From positions 1 to 24,000 of the forward strand of contig JAASSV010000002.1 of assembly GCA_021767685.1 (NCBI GenBank): a stretch of DNA of 24,000 nt. The letters are read 5' to 3'. The stretch is from Bacillales bacterium. GTDB taxonomy: Bacteria > Bacillota_I > Bacilli_A > Izemoplasmatales > Izemoplasmataceae. Of this stretch, positions 1-8,270 are shown piece after piece. The position numbers and the translations under genes were made by a program. The first letter of the stretch is position 1; the number at the start of each line of letters is the position of its first letter. The notes beneath the pieces were generated by a model that was not told the DNA's origin, made no database searches, and saw nothing but the letters and a program-made list of their open reading frames with translations.

Positions 1-184
1 CAAAGTTGCAGATCTACAAAATAAAGGATCTGCCCTTGCAGGAGCTAGTATTGCAGCTGCATTCTTACAAAACTTTGTTGAAGACGATACAGCATGGATT
101 CACTTAGATATTGCTGGAACATCTTCAACGAAAAAAGAAGCGACAGGTGTAATGGTGAAAAGTTTCATTGAATTATTTGCATAA
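1..184 (+). CDS. pepA: Leucyl aminopeptidase (peptidase M17), C-terminal fragment; the 5' end lies outside the window
   Basis: Frame 2 reads ...[52 protein letters not shown], stop at 182-184. The (I)TAALFL...W(A/I)HLDIAGT pattern is typical of M17 C-termini. Confidence 0.8.
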   Translation, partial: KVADLQNKGSALAGASIAAAFLQNFVEDDTAWIHLDIAGTSSTKKEATGVMVKSFIELFA

Positions 185-187
185 TAA

Positions 188-219
188 AAAGTCTAAGCTT
201 GGTGCTTAGCCTTTTTTTG
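188..219. terminator. Bidirectional rho-independent terminator between convergent pepA and the HIT gene
   Basis: Stem ctaagc (193-198) / gcttag (204-209) with a 5-nt loop. An A-run lies upstream and a T7 run downstream, so it can act on both strands. Confidence 0.7.
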
Positions 220-220
220 T

Positions 221-637
221 TTATAGATTTTCTTGAATTTTTTCAACAAGAGAATTGAATGTTTCAGTAGAAATCTTACCATAGTTATTTTCTGTTTTTA
301 AGACCATACCATCATCTTCATATCGAGGAATGAGATGGACGTGAAAGTGAAAGACACTCTGTAATGGCTCATCATTGTTATTTACAATATTAAGCCCAAT
401 TGGATTAAAGGCATCACGTAATGCTCGAGCAATTTTTGGCACAACAGAAAATACGTGATTTATGGTTTCTGGATCCGTTTCATATACATTCTTAACATGC
501 TTTTTAGGAATGATTAATGTGTGTCCTTTTGTTCCTTGTGTGATATCTAGAAAAGCCCGAACATAATCATCCTCATAAATAGTGTAGGAAGGAATTTCTC
601 CTTGATCAATTTTACAAAAAATACATTCATTTTCCAT
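221..637 (-). CDS. HIT (histidine triad) family nucleotide hydrolase
   Basis: 138 aa containing the histidine triad HFHVHLIP (HxHxHxx). The start overlaps the upstream HAD gene by 11 nt, with GAAGGAGAG inside the HAD 3' end. Confidence 0.9.
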   Translation of the reverse strand: MENECIFCKIDQGEIPSYTIYEDDYVRAFLDITQGTKGHTLIIPKKHVKNVYETDPETINHVFSVVPKIARALRDAFNPIGLNIVNNNDEPLQSVFHFHVHLIPRYEDDGMVLKTENNYGKISTETFNSLVEKIQENL

Positions 638-1301
638 AACTTATCTCTCCTTCTATTAGTTGTAATACACGAAATATATCTGACATATCTTTAAGCATAA
701 AATCGGGATCTACCATCATTAAATGGGCACTACCTTTAAATGACCAAGCCACACCAGCACTGTATATACCTGCATTTTTACCGGCTAGAATATCACCTTG
801 ATTATCACCAATCATAATCGCTTCTTTAACATCACCGAGTTCATTTAAGACAGTATTAACAGCGTCTTCATGTGGTTTTGGATTATCCACATCATCCCAT
901 CCAACAAAAACGTCAAAATAGTCTGATAATCCAGTTTCCACAAAACTTGGCCAAGCTGCTTCTCGCGTTTTAGATGTTAAAATAGCTAATCGATAGCCGT
1001 TTTCTTTTAGTTTCTTAACGGTATCTATTACACCAGGATATAACTCATGTCCATTAGCCTCATATTTTCGATAAAATGAACGGTAAGTATCAATCATTTC
1101 TTGAATGAGAAAAGGATCTTTCGTATAATTTGCTAATGTTTCATCTAACGGAGGTCCAATAAAGGTCTTTATTGTATCTAAATCTAAATCAATATCAGGA
1201 AAATGTTGTTTAAAGGTTCCTTTAAAACTTTTTACGATAATATCGTTTGTATTTACTAGTGTACCATCTAAATCATAGATGATAGTATCAATTTTTGCCA
1301 T
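627..1301 (-). CDS. HAD-IA family phosphatase (PpaX / phosphoglycolate phosphatase-like)
   Basis: DxDGT motif (YDLDGTLV), a later TSK motif and GDNQGD. I prefer the ATG at 1301 (MAKIDT...), preceded by AGGTGAttttt, over the GTG at 1310 used by the ORF track. Confidence 0.85.
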   Translation of the reverse strand: MAKIDTIIYDLDGTLVNTNDIIVKSFKGTFKQHFPDIDLDLDTIKTFIGPPLDETLANYTKDPFLIQEMIDTYRSFYRKYEANGHELYPGVIDTVKKLKENGYRLAILTSKTREAAWPSFVETGLSDYFDVFVGWDDVDNPKPHEDAVNTVLNELGDVKEAIMIGDNQGDILAGKNAGIYSAGVAWSFKGSAHLMMVDPDFMLKDMSDIFRVLQLIEGEISYGK

Positions 1302-1353
1302 AAAAATCACCTAGTTGTATTGTAACATAAAATCATTTTTTCTTTGATATAAA

Positions 1354-1381
1354 TTGCTTTTTTACAAAAAGATTGTAAAAT
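1354..1381 (+). promoter_or_regulatory. Candidate pta promoter overlapped by an 8-bp inverted repeat
   Basis: TTGCTT (1354-1359), 16-nt spacer, TAAAAT (1376-1381). The repeat TTTTACAA-aaaga-TTGTAAAA spans 1360-1380. Confidence 0.35.
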
Positions 1382-1403
1382 AGAGTACGTTAGGAGTGAT
1401 ACA

Positions 1404-2366
1404 ATGTCAACAATTATTAAGGAATTAACAGCAAAAGTTAAAGGACAAGGAATTAAAGTTGTCTTTCCAGAATCTAATGATGAACGGATTTTAAAAGCAG
1501 CAGAACGGTTAAGTCAAGAAGACATTTTAACACCGGTCTTGATAAAGACAAAAGATGGGATAGACACAGCATTTGATTTAAGTAAATGTGAGGTCATCGA
1601 CCCTACTGATTATGATCAGTTTGATGATATGGTTGAGGCATTTGTTGAAAGAAGAAAAGGTAAAAACACTAAAGAAGAAGCTTTAGAGTTACTTAAAAAC
1701 GAAAATTATTTTGGAACCATGCTCGTTTATATGGGTAAAGCACAAGGCTTGGTAAGTGGTGCAGCGCATTCTACAGGAGAAACTGTATTACCAGCGTTAC
1801 AAATCATTAAGACAAAGCCAGGTGTGTCGCGTACATTTGGATACTTTTTAATGGTTCGAGATGATGCCAAGTACATCTTTGGAGACTGTGCAATCAATCC
1901 AAACCCAACGGCTGATAATTTAGCTGAATTTGCGATAGAATCGGCTAAAGCAGCAGAAATGTTTGGAATTTCACCTAAAGTTGCCATGTTATCATTTTCT
2001 ACAAATGGTAGTGCGGACACTGAAGAAAGTCAAAAAGTTAAACAAGCAGTTAAGTTAGCTCAAGCTAAAGACTCAGGGTATTTAATTGATGGAGAGATGC
2101 AGTTTGATGCAGCATTTGTTCCAAGCGTAGGAAAGAAAAAATATCCAAGTTCAGATGTTGCAGGTCAAGCAAACACATTTATATTCCCGGATTTAAACAG
2201 TGGGAACATAGGATATAAAATAGCTCAACGATTAGGAAACTTTGAAGCAATGGGACCTATCTTAGCAGGGCTGAATCAGCCTGTTAATGATTTAAGTCGT
2301 GGATGCGACGCTGAGGATGCATATAATACAGCTATTATTACTGCAGCACAAACATTAACAAAATAA
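1404..2366 (+). CDS. pta: Phosphate acetyltransferase
   Basis: 320 aa with full-length resemblance to short-form Pta (GLVSGAAHSTG, GDCAINPNP, QFDAA, FPDLNSGNIGYKI). AGGAGTGA Shine-Dalgarno site upstream. Confidence 0.95.
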   Translation: MSTIIKELTAKVKGQGIKVVFPESNDERILKAAERLSQEDILTPVLIKTKDGIDTAFDLSKCEVIDPTDYDQFDDMVEAFVERRKGKNTKEEALELLKNENYFGTMLVYMGKAQGLVSGAAHSTGETVLPALQIIKTKPGVSRTFGYFLMVRDDAKYIFGDCAINPNPTADNLAEFAIESAKAAEMFGISPKVAMLSFSTNGSADTEESQKVKQAVKLAQAKDSGYLIDGEMQFDAAFVPSVGKKKYPSSDVAGQANTFIFPDLNSGNIGYKIAQRLGNFEAMGPILAGLNQPVNDLSRGCDAEDAYNTAIITAAQTLTK

Positions 2367-2371
2367 CATTT

Positions 2372-2398
2372 AGCACCTTAAATTAAGGTGCTTTTTTA
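2372..2398 (+). terminator. Rho-independent terminator after pta
   Basis: agcacctta / taaggtgct 9-bp stem, 3-nt loop, then T6. Confidence 0.8.
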
Positions 2399-2432
2399 TT
2401 ACAATATGAGTGTTTTCCTAACACCATAGGTA

Positions 2433-2441
2433 TGGTATAAT
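2433..2441 (+). promoter_or_regulatory. Extended -10 promoter (TGgTATAAT) for the lipid kinase operon
   Basis: The 14-mer TATGGTATAATAAA at 2431-2444 is identical to the one upstream of rmuC (8242-8255). Confidence 0.5.
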
Positions 2442-2466
2442 AAAATTACGGAAGTTAGGTGATCAC

Positions 2467-3375
2467 ATGAAACAGTGTACAGTGATATATAATCCAGTCA
2501 GTGGAAAAAAACAATTTGAGCAAGAATTGGATTATGTTAAATCACAATTGCATGAACAGGGATACGACGTAATAATTGAAAAAACCTCACGGCAGAAGCA
2601 TGCTATACAATTAGCTAAAGAATCATGTCAACGACGAGATGATTTGATGGTTATTTCAGGTGGAGATGGGACCTTCCATGAGTGTTTAAATGGGATAGAT
2701 CAATCGGATTATCACCCTAAAATAGGGTATATTCCAACAGGAACTGCTTGTGATGTAGCAAACACATTGAGAATACCAAAAGATGTGAAAAAAGCATTAG
2801 ATATTATATTTCGTGGAAACTATGTCAAGATGGACTACGCAAAAAGTAATAAAGGATGTTTTATTTACGTTTCAGCTATTGGTACCTATGTTGATATTTC
2901 TTATGTGACGGATTCAAAATTAAAAAAATATCTTGGCTACTTAGCCTACATAATTACAGGAATTAAAGAATTCTTTACAATACCAATGATCAAAGCAAAA
3001 ATCGAACATGATCATGGCTTTTTAAGAGGGTATTTTTCTCTCATTTTGGTTGTTAACTCAAAACGCGTAGCCGGGTTTAACATTGTGAAAAAACCAATAT
3101 TAGATGATGGAAAAGTAGATATTGTATTATACCGCTATGTCCCTTTGTTAAATAATTTAATCTATTTTATATCTTTTGTTATTGGGCCAAAATTTTTACC
3201 GGGTGTAAAAAAAATTAGGACATCAAAAGCTAAAATATATACAGATCATCCCCATAAGTGGAATATGGATGGGGAAGAAGCTAATTCAGGAAACTTAAGT
3301 TTAACTGTTAAGAAACAACAAATTGAAGTATTTGTTGATGAAAGCATACAAAAACGATATTTTAAGGAGCAATGA
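2467..3375 (+). CDS. Diacylglycerol kinase-family lipid kinase (DagK/YegS/BmrU type)
   Basis: 302 aa; N-terminal NPxSG and the GGDGT catalytic-domain motif. AGGTGA Shine-Dalgarno site. Confidence 0.85.
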   Translation: MKQCTVIYNPVSGKKQFEQELDYVKSQLHEQGYDVIIEKTSRQKHAIQLAKESCQRRDDLMVISGGDGTFHECLNGIDQSDYHPKIGYIPTGTACDVANTLRIPKDVKKALDIIFRGNYVKMDYAKSNKGCFIYVSAIGTYVDISYVTDSKLKKYLGYLAYIITGIKEFFTIPMIKAKIEHDHGFLRGYFSLILVVNSKRVAGFNIVKKPILDDGKVDIVLYRYVPLLNNLIYFISFVIGPKFLPGVKKIRTSKAKIYTDHPHKWNMDGEEANSGNLSLTVKKQQIEVFVDESIQKRYFKEQ

Positions 3376-4517
3376 TGATGGAGTACCGCAAAATTAAAAT
3401 TGAGAATCAGGAAAAAGACGTTTCATTATTAGGGTTCGGCTGTATGAGATTTCCTCTAAAAGATGGAGAGATTGATAAAGTAGAGTCGAAAAAAATGATG
3501 GATTACGCCATAAAACACGGCGTTAATTATATTGATACTGCTTACCCTTACCATGGAGGCAAGAGCGAGTTATTTGTTAAAGAAGTGATTAAAGAATATG
3601 ATCGTGAATCTTTTTATCTCGCAGATAAGTTACCGTTATGGGAATGTGAAACAGAAGAAGATGTTGATAAAATATTCCACGAACAGTTAGATAAGTGTGG
3701 TGTTGATTACTTTGACTTTTATCTTATTCATGCCGTGAATAAAGATAGGCTAAAGAAAACAAAAGACCTCAATGTTCTAAAACACCTTGAAACATATCGA
3801 AAAGAAGGTAAAATTCGCAACATCGGTTTTAGTTTTCATGATGATTTAAAAACATTTAAACAATGGGTTGATCTCTATGATTGGGATTTTTGTCAGATTC
3901 AGTTAAACTATATGGATATCCACCACCAACAAGGCATCAGAGGATATAAGATATTAGCAGAAAAAGATATACCAGTCATTGTTATGGAACCTGTTAAAGG
4001 TGGCAATCTCGTTAATTTTAATGATGAAATTGCAGATGAATTTCACAAACTAGATCCAAATAAATCTATTGTATCATGGGCGTTTCGCTGGGTCGGAACA
4101 TTATCGAATGTAAAAGTTATATTAAGTGGTATGTCAACAATGGAACATGTTAAAGAAAACGTCAAAACATTCTCTCCATTTGTACCGTTAACTGAAACTG
4201 AGCAAGACAAAATCAAAGAAATTCGCCAAAAAATATTGTCTTATTCAGAAGTTGATTGTACATCATGTAACTATTGTATGCCATGTCCACATGGTGTTAA
4301 TATTCCTGGCAATTTCCGTGTGTTTAACGGTCATGCCATGTATCATAATGACAAGCATACCTCTTGGCAAATCAGTAATTTAGATAACAAAGATGCGTTT
4401 GCGGATGCGTGTATAGAGTGTAATGAATGTTTACCAAAATGTCCACAAAATATTGCCATTCCAACTGAATTAAGTCGTTTTGACAATTATGCGAAAGATA
4501 ATGGACTTACAAAATAA
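3372..4517 (+). CDS. Aldo/keto reductase fused to a C-terminal 2x[4Fe-4S] ferredoxin-like domain
   Basis: 381 aa. AKR N-terminal pattern (LGFGCMRFP, INYIDTAYPYHGG) plus CTSCNYCMPCP and CIECNECLPKCP cluster motifs. The ATGA start/stop overlaps the kinase gene. Confidence 0.85.
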   Translation: MMMEYRKIKIENQEKDVSLLGFGCMRFPLKDGEIDKVESKKMMDYAIKHGVNYIDTAYPYHGGKSELFVKEVIKEYDRESFYLADKLPLWECETEEDVDKIFHEQLDKCGVDYFDFYLIHAVNKDRLKKTKDLNVLKHLETYRKEGKIRNIGFSFHDDLKTFKQWVDLYDWDFCQIQLNYMDIHHQQGIRGYKILAEKDIPVIVMEPVKGGNLVNFNDEIADEFHKLDPNKSIVSWAFRWVGTLSNVKVILSGMSTMEHVKENVKTFSPFVPLTETEQDKIKEIRQKILSYSEVDCTSCNYCMPCPHGVNIPGNFRVFNGHAMYHNDKHTSWQISNLDNKDAFADACIECNECLPKCPQNIAIPTELSRFDNYAKDNGLTK

Positions 4518-5058
4518 ACATATAAACGAGGTTGTGGTGGTTGAAGGCTATCACGACCTTGCGCGTATTAAGGCTATATACCCTAATACTGATGTAGTTA
4601 TAACAAACGGCAGTGAAGTTAGCCAAACAACCTTAGAGGAGTTAAAACAATTAAACAATCAACAGGGTTTAATTCTTTTGCTTGATCCTGACATGCAAGG
4701 AGAACGGATTAGACGCTTAATTAATGCGTATGTTGGAGAAACAAAACATGCCTTTATCCCTAAACATAAATGTATTAGTAAGAATAAGAAAAAAGTAGGC
4801 ATTGAACATGCCAAAGATGAGGATATTATTAACGCGTTAGAACACGTTCGGAAGAGTTCTATTAAAGACACTAAGACAATCACAATAAAAGACCTTACAA
4901 AACTAGGATTAGTAGGTTCTTCAGACGCAAAATCAAAACGACAGTACTTAGCAGATTATTTTCATATAGGCCCTGCTAATGCTAAGACGTTCTGTAAAAA
5001 ACTAAACATGTTTAATATTACACTAGAAGACATTACACACGCATTAGAGGTGAAATAA
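4480..5058 (+). CDS. rnmV: Ribonuclease M5 (Toprim domain, 5S rRNA maturation)
   Basis: VVVEGYHD...LLDPDMQGERIR Toprim motifs and position directly upstream of rsmA. The start is ambiguous (TTG 4480, ATG 4489 or ATG 4501); all three overlap the AKR 3' end. Confidence 0.85.
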   Translation: MTIMRKIMDLQNKHINEVVVVEGYHDLARIKAIYPNTDVVITNGSEVSQTTLEELKQLNNQQGLILLLDPDMQGERIRRLINAYVGETKHAFIPKHKCISKNKKKVGIEHAKDEDIINALEHVRKSSIKDTKTITIKDLTKLGLVGSSDAKSKRQYLADYFHIGPANAKTFCKKLNMFNITLEDITHALEVK

Positions 5059-5918
5059 TGAGTAAAATTGGGCGCGCAAGTCGCATTTCAGAAATTATTA
5101 AAGATAAATCATTTTACATAAAAAAGAAGTATGGACAAAACTTCTTAGTTGATCAAAATATATTAGAAAAAATAGTCTCCTCAGCAGAGATTACTGAAAA
5201 CACATTAGTTGTTGAAATTGGTCCAGGCTTTGGAAGTTTAACAGAACACTTGCTAGACCGAGCAAAACACGTTTTAGCTTATGAGATAGATGAGGAATTG
5301 ATTGAGTTTCTATCAGAAACGTTTGAAAGCGACCCATTAACAATTATTCATGATGATGTATTAAACAGAGACATAGACAAGGATATCGAACAATTAGACA
5401 CTGCATTTGATCAGATTATCTTAGTTGCAAACTTACCCTACTATATTACAACGCCAGTCATCATGAAAGTACTAGAACAAACAACATCAGTTGAACGTCT
5501 TATTGTCATGATGCAGCACGAAGTTGCGATGCGTATGACGTCTGATCCAAAAACCAAAGATTATAATTCATTATCTATTGCCATCCAATATCGTGCAAAA
5601 GCAGAATACTTATTTAAAGTACCTAGAACCGTATTTATCCCTAAACCAAATGTGGATAGTGCCATTATATCGTTAACAATGAAAGAAAATCGAGCCTTAC
5701 CAGAAGACCGAGAAGAATTTTTCTTTAGACTTATCAAAGCCAGCTTTAAACAACGCAGAAAAACACTTTATAATAATTTAAAGGGCTTTGATGATATAGA
5801 TAAAGAGACTATTAAAGACGTTATTGAATCATTAGGGTTAAAACCAACGGTAAGAGCAGAAGCGTTAGATATTGAAGATTTTATAGCGTTAACCAATACA
5901 TTAATCGATAATCAATAG
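5058..5918 (+). CDS. rsmA: 16S rRNA (adenine1518/1519-N6)-dimethyltransferase
   Basis: 286 aa; KKYGQNFL, the SAM motif VEIGPGFGSLT and NLPYYITTP. TAATG overlap with rnmV. Confidence 0.95.
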   Translation: MSKIGRASRISEIIKDKSFYIKKKYGQNFLVDQNILEKIVSSAEITENTLVVEIGPGFGSLTEHLLDRAKHVLAYEIDEELIEFLSETFESDPLTIIHDDVLNRDIDKDIEQLDTAFDQIILVANLPYYITTPVIMKVLEQTTSVERLIVMMQHEVAMRMTSDPKTKDYNSLSIAIQYRAKAEYLFKVPRTVFIPKPNVDSAIISLTMKENRALPEDREEFFFRLIKASFKQRRKTLYNNLKGFDDIDKETIKDVIESLGLKPTVRAEALDIEDFIALTNTLIDNQ

Positions 5919-5922
5919 TGAG

Positions 5923-6771
5923 GTGAGTGTCATTAAAGAAAAAGCCTATGCTAAAGTGAATTTATATTTAGACGTTCTTGGTAAATTAGACAATGGCTAT
6001 CATAATTTAGAAATGGTGATGGCTCCTTTAAACCTGCATGATACGTTGACATTTAAAAAGCGTAAAGATGGTGTGATTGAGTTAATCACATCTGATGGTA
6101 TAACAGATGACATCGAAGATAATTTGGTATATCAAGTCGCAGACTTTCTTCAAGAACAGTATCATATCAAAAATGGTGTTACGATTACACTTGAGAAGAA
6201 TATTCCGATTGGTGCAGGCCTAGGTGGAGGCAGTGCAGATGCCGCGGCGACGTTACGTGCGTTAAACAAACTCTGGAAACTTAAGCTAACACAAGAAGAA
6301 TTAGCTCAAATTGGAAAGAGATTTGGTGCGGATATCCCATATTGTATTTATAATAAGATTTGTATCGCTAGAGGTGTTGGAGATGAACTGGTATTTCTAG
6401 ATAATAAATTGAATTTTCATGTATTATTAGTCTATCCAAACATTCATATGAGCACAAAAGAGGTATATGAAAATGTGACAATTGACACATTGCCATCAAA
6501 AAAAATTACGCGGATGACAGAAGCCGTATATAACAGAAACTTTGCTTTGTTAACACAAGAGTTGTATAATGCTTTAGAAATGTCTGCATTTGACATAAGC
6601 CCCAAACTAAAGGAAATAAAGACTCAAATTGAACAGTGGGGAGTTGAAGGTGTCCTCATGAGTGGCTCAGGATCTACTATTTTTGTCTTAACAGAAGATA
6701 CTCAAAAATTAGCCGATATCGAGAAAGTTTTTGCGGATAAATATCAAACATTTATGACTAAAATCAAATAG
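5923..6771 (+). CDS. ispE: 4-diphosphocytidyl-2-C-methyl-D-erythritol kinase (MEP pathway)
   Basis: 282 aa; AYAKVNLYLDV, the GHMP kinase motif PIGAGLGGGSADAAA and GSGSTIF. Start uncertain: GTG at 5923, or a rare ATT at 5932 better spaced from GAGGTGA (5920-5926). Confidence 0.9.
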   Translation: MSVIKEKAYAKVNLYLDVLGKLDNGYHNLEMVMAPLNLHDTLTFKKRKDGVIELITSDGITDDIEDNLVYQVADFLQEQYHIKNGVTITLEKNIPIGAGLGGGSADAAATLRALNKLWKLKLTQEELAQIGKRFGADIPYCIYNKICIARGVGDELVFLDNKLNFHVLLVYPNIHMSTKEVYENVTIDTLPSKKITRMTEAVYNRNFALLTQELYNALEMSAFDISPKLKEIKTQIEQWGVEGVLMSGSGSTIFVLTEDTQKLADIEKVFADKYQTFMTKIK

Positions 6772-6797
6772 CGGCGCGCTAAACTGCGAAAAATAAA

Positions 6798-6826
6798 TTG
6801 CAACCCCCCTTTACATGTGATATAAT
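6798..6826 (+). promoter_or_regulatory. Sigma-A type promoter for spoVG
   Basis: TTGCAA (6798-6803), exactly 17-nt spacer, TATAAT (6821-6826). Confidence 0.6.
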
Positions 6827-6867
6827 TGTACTAGGATGTAGACAAAAGACAAGTGTGAGGTGGAGAA

Positions 6868-7134
6868 ATGGAAATTACAGATGTTAGAGTCAAAAAGTTT
6901 AACGGACAAAGTCGTTTAAAAGCGATTGCGGCCATAACATTTGATGATTGTTTTGTAGTTCATGAATTACGCATAATCGATGGGAAAGCTGGCCTTTTTG
7001 TTGCAATGCCAAGTCGTAAAATGCCGAATGGAGAGTTCAAGGATGTCGCGCATCCAATCAATCAGGAAACGCGCAATCGAATTGAAGCTGTTGTAATTGA
7101 TGCCTACAATCAAATTGATGATGAAGAAGAGTAG
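6868..7134 (+). CDS. spoVG: SpoVG family nucleic-acid-binding regulator
   Basis: 88 aa; MEITDVRV...AIAAITFDDCFVVHELRII...GLFVAMPSRK is the characteristic SpoVG sequence. GAGGTGGA Shine-Dalgarno site. Confidence 0.95.
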   Translation: MEITDVRVKKFNGQSRLKAIAAITFDDCFVVHELRIIDGKAGLFVAMPSRKMPNGEFKDVAHPINQETRNRIEAVVIDAYNQIDDEEE

Positions 7135-7144
7135 CAAGAAATAG

Positions 7145-7176
7145 ATGTAACTTTTTTAAAGTTACATTTTATTTTT
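7145..7176 (+). terminator. Rho-independent terminator after spoVG
   Basis: atgtaac(ttt) / (aaa)gttacat stem followed by a T-rich tract. Confidence 0.7.
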
Positions 7177-7187
7177 GGACGATTTTT

Positions 7188-7196
7188 TGTTATAGT
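7188..7196 (+). promoter_or_regulatory. Extended -10 element (TGtTATAGT) upstream of prs
   Basis: Motif 33 nt upstream of the prs start; no clear -35. Confidence 0.4.
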
Positions 7197-7228
7197 AAGT
7201 ATGGAATAAATTTAATGGAGGTTCTTTA

Positions 7229-8212
7229 ATGGCAACGATTGATGGCCACAAAGTAAAATTATTTAGTTTAACCGCTAATCGAGAATTAGCAGAAGAAATT
7301 TCTAGAAAAACTCATATCCCTTTAAGTAAGATCCAATTAGACCGTTTTGCTGATGGAGAAATTGGTGTGAATTTAGAGGAAACTGTGCGCGGACACCATG
7401 TCTTTTTAGTCCAACCAACACATGCTCCGGTTAATGAAAATATCATGGAGTTATTAATCACAATTGATGCCATGAAGCGCGCGAGTGCTAAAAATATAAA
7501 TGTGATTACACCATATTATGGGTATTCACGACAAGATCGTAAATCAAAATCTCGTCAACCTATATCAGCAAAATTAGTGGCTAACCTGTTAGAAACAGCT
7601 GGGGCTACAAGGGTCTTAGCAATGGATTTACATGCTGGACAAATTCAAGGTTTCTTTGATATCCCAATTGATAACTTTAGAGCAATGCCAATTATTGTTG
7701 ATTACTTCTTAAAAAAAGAGTTTAAAGACGATATTGTTATTGTTGCTCCAGACCATGGTGGTGCTGTTCGAGCTAGAAAGATGGCAGATATTATGAACAC
7801 CGGGGTTGCTATTATTGATAAACGCCGACCGTCACCAAATGTCAGCGAGGTTATGGGAGTTGTTGGTGATGTTAAGGATAAAATTGCAATTATTATTGAT
7901 GACATAATTGATACAGCAGGAACAATTTCAGGAGCAGCAGATGCCATTTTAGACTTAGGTGCAAAAGAAGTTTATGCTGCTTGTACGCATCCACTATTAA
8001 GTGGCCCAGCAGTTGAGCGTATTCAAAAATCAGGATTAAAAGAAGTTGTGTGTACAAACACGATTAAACTACCTGAGGAGAAAAAAATTGATAAAATTGT
8101 ACAATTATCAGTAGGCGATATGTTTGCACAAGGCGTATTAAATATTATCCACAATAAACCACTAAGTAGTTTATTTGAATATGAACAATATATAACTGTA
8201 GATGAAGAATAG
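7229..8212 (+). CDS. prs: Ribose-phosphate pyrophosphokinase
   Basis: 327 aa; YYGYSRQDRK and the PRPP-binding loop IIIDDIIDTAGT. GGAGG Shine-Dalgarno site. Confidence 0.95.
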   Translation: MATIDGHKVKLFSLTANRELAEEISRKTHIPLSKIQLDRFADGEIGVNLEETVRGHHVFLVQPTHAPVNENIMELLITIDAMKRASAKNINVITPYYGYSRQDRKSKSRQPISAKLVANLLETAGATRVLAMDLHAGQIQGFFDIPIDNFRAMPIIVDYFLKKEFKDDIVIVAPDHGGAVRARKMADIMNTGVAIIDKRRPSPNVSEVMGVVGDVKDKIAIIIDDIIDTAGTISGAADAILDLGAKEVYAACTHPLLSGPAVERIQKSGLKEVVCTNTIKLPEEKKIDKIVQLSVGDMFAQGVLNIIHNKPLSSLFEYEQYITVDEE

Positions 8213-8239
8213 TAGACATTGCGCTACTATTTTTTTTTG
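8210..8239 (+). terminator. Probable terminator after prs
   Basis: tagtag / ctacta 6-bp stem with an 8-nt loop, followed by T9. The stem is weak and overlaps the stop codon. Confidence 0.55.
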
Positions 8240-8243
8240 AGTA

Positions 8244-8252
8244 TGGTATAAT
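8244..8252 (+). promoter_or_regulatory. Extended -10 promoter (TGgTATAAT) for rmuC
   Basis: Same 14-mer TATGGTATAATAAA as at 2431-2444. Confidence 0.5.
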
Positions 8253-8270
8253 AAACGGGAGGTGAGGAAT

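Noticed and set aside
883-891. Perfect DnaA-box 9-mers TTATCCACA at 883-891 and again at 8145-8153.
   Set aside because: Both are isolated and lie inside coding sequences (the HAD and prs genes), 7 kb apart. There is no cluster, AT-rich unwinding element or dnaA/dnaN nearby, so this is not an origin.
1727-2020. Antisense or alternative-frame ORFs of 60-97 aa from the ORF track. They are 1727-2020, 4659-4883, 7702-7947, 8171-8377, 8381-8656, 8947-9168, 10573-10785, 12866-13075, 13843-14055, 14130-14336, 15542-15736, 17865-18125, 17908-18138, 19178-19369, 19242-19484, 19834-20016, 21465-21716, 22889-23110 and 23372-23575.
   Set aside because: Each lies wholly inside, or substantially overlaps, a well-supported gene on the other strand or in another frame. 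They lack Shine-Dalgarno sites and have low-complexity, Ser/Ile/Leu-biased translations typical of shadow ORFs in AT-rich genomes.
2431-2444. Identical 14-mer TATGGTATAATAAA at 2431-2444 and 8242-8255, as a possible dispersed repeat or mobile-element end.
   Set aside because: It is fully explained as a consensus extended -10 promoter (TRTGnTATAAT) in front of two operons. The flanking sequence is unrelated.
6770-6782. GC-rich palindrome TAGCGGCGCGCTA at the ispE stop, as a possible terminator.
   Set aside because: The stem is very short (5 bp) with a 3-nt loop and no following T-run. It is more likely incidental. The spoVG promoter follows immediately.
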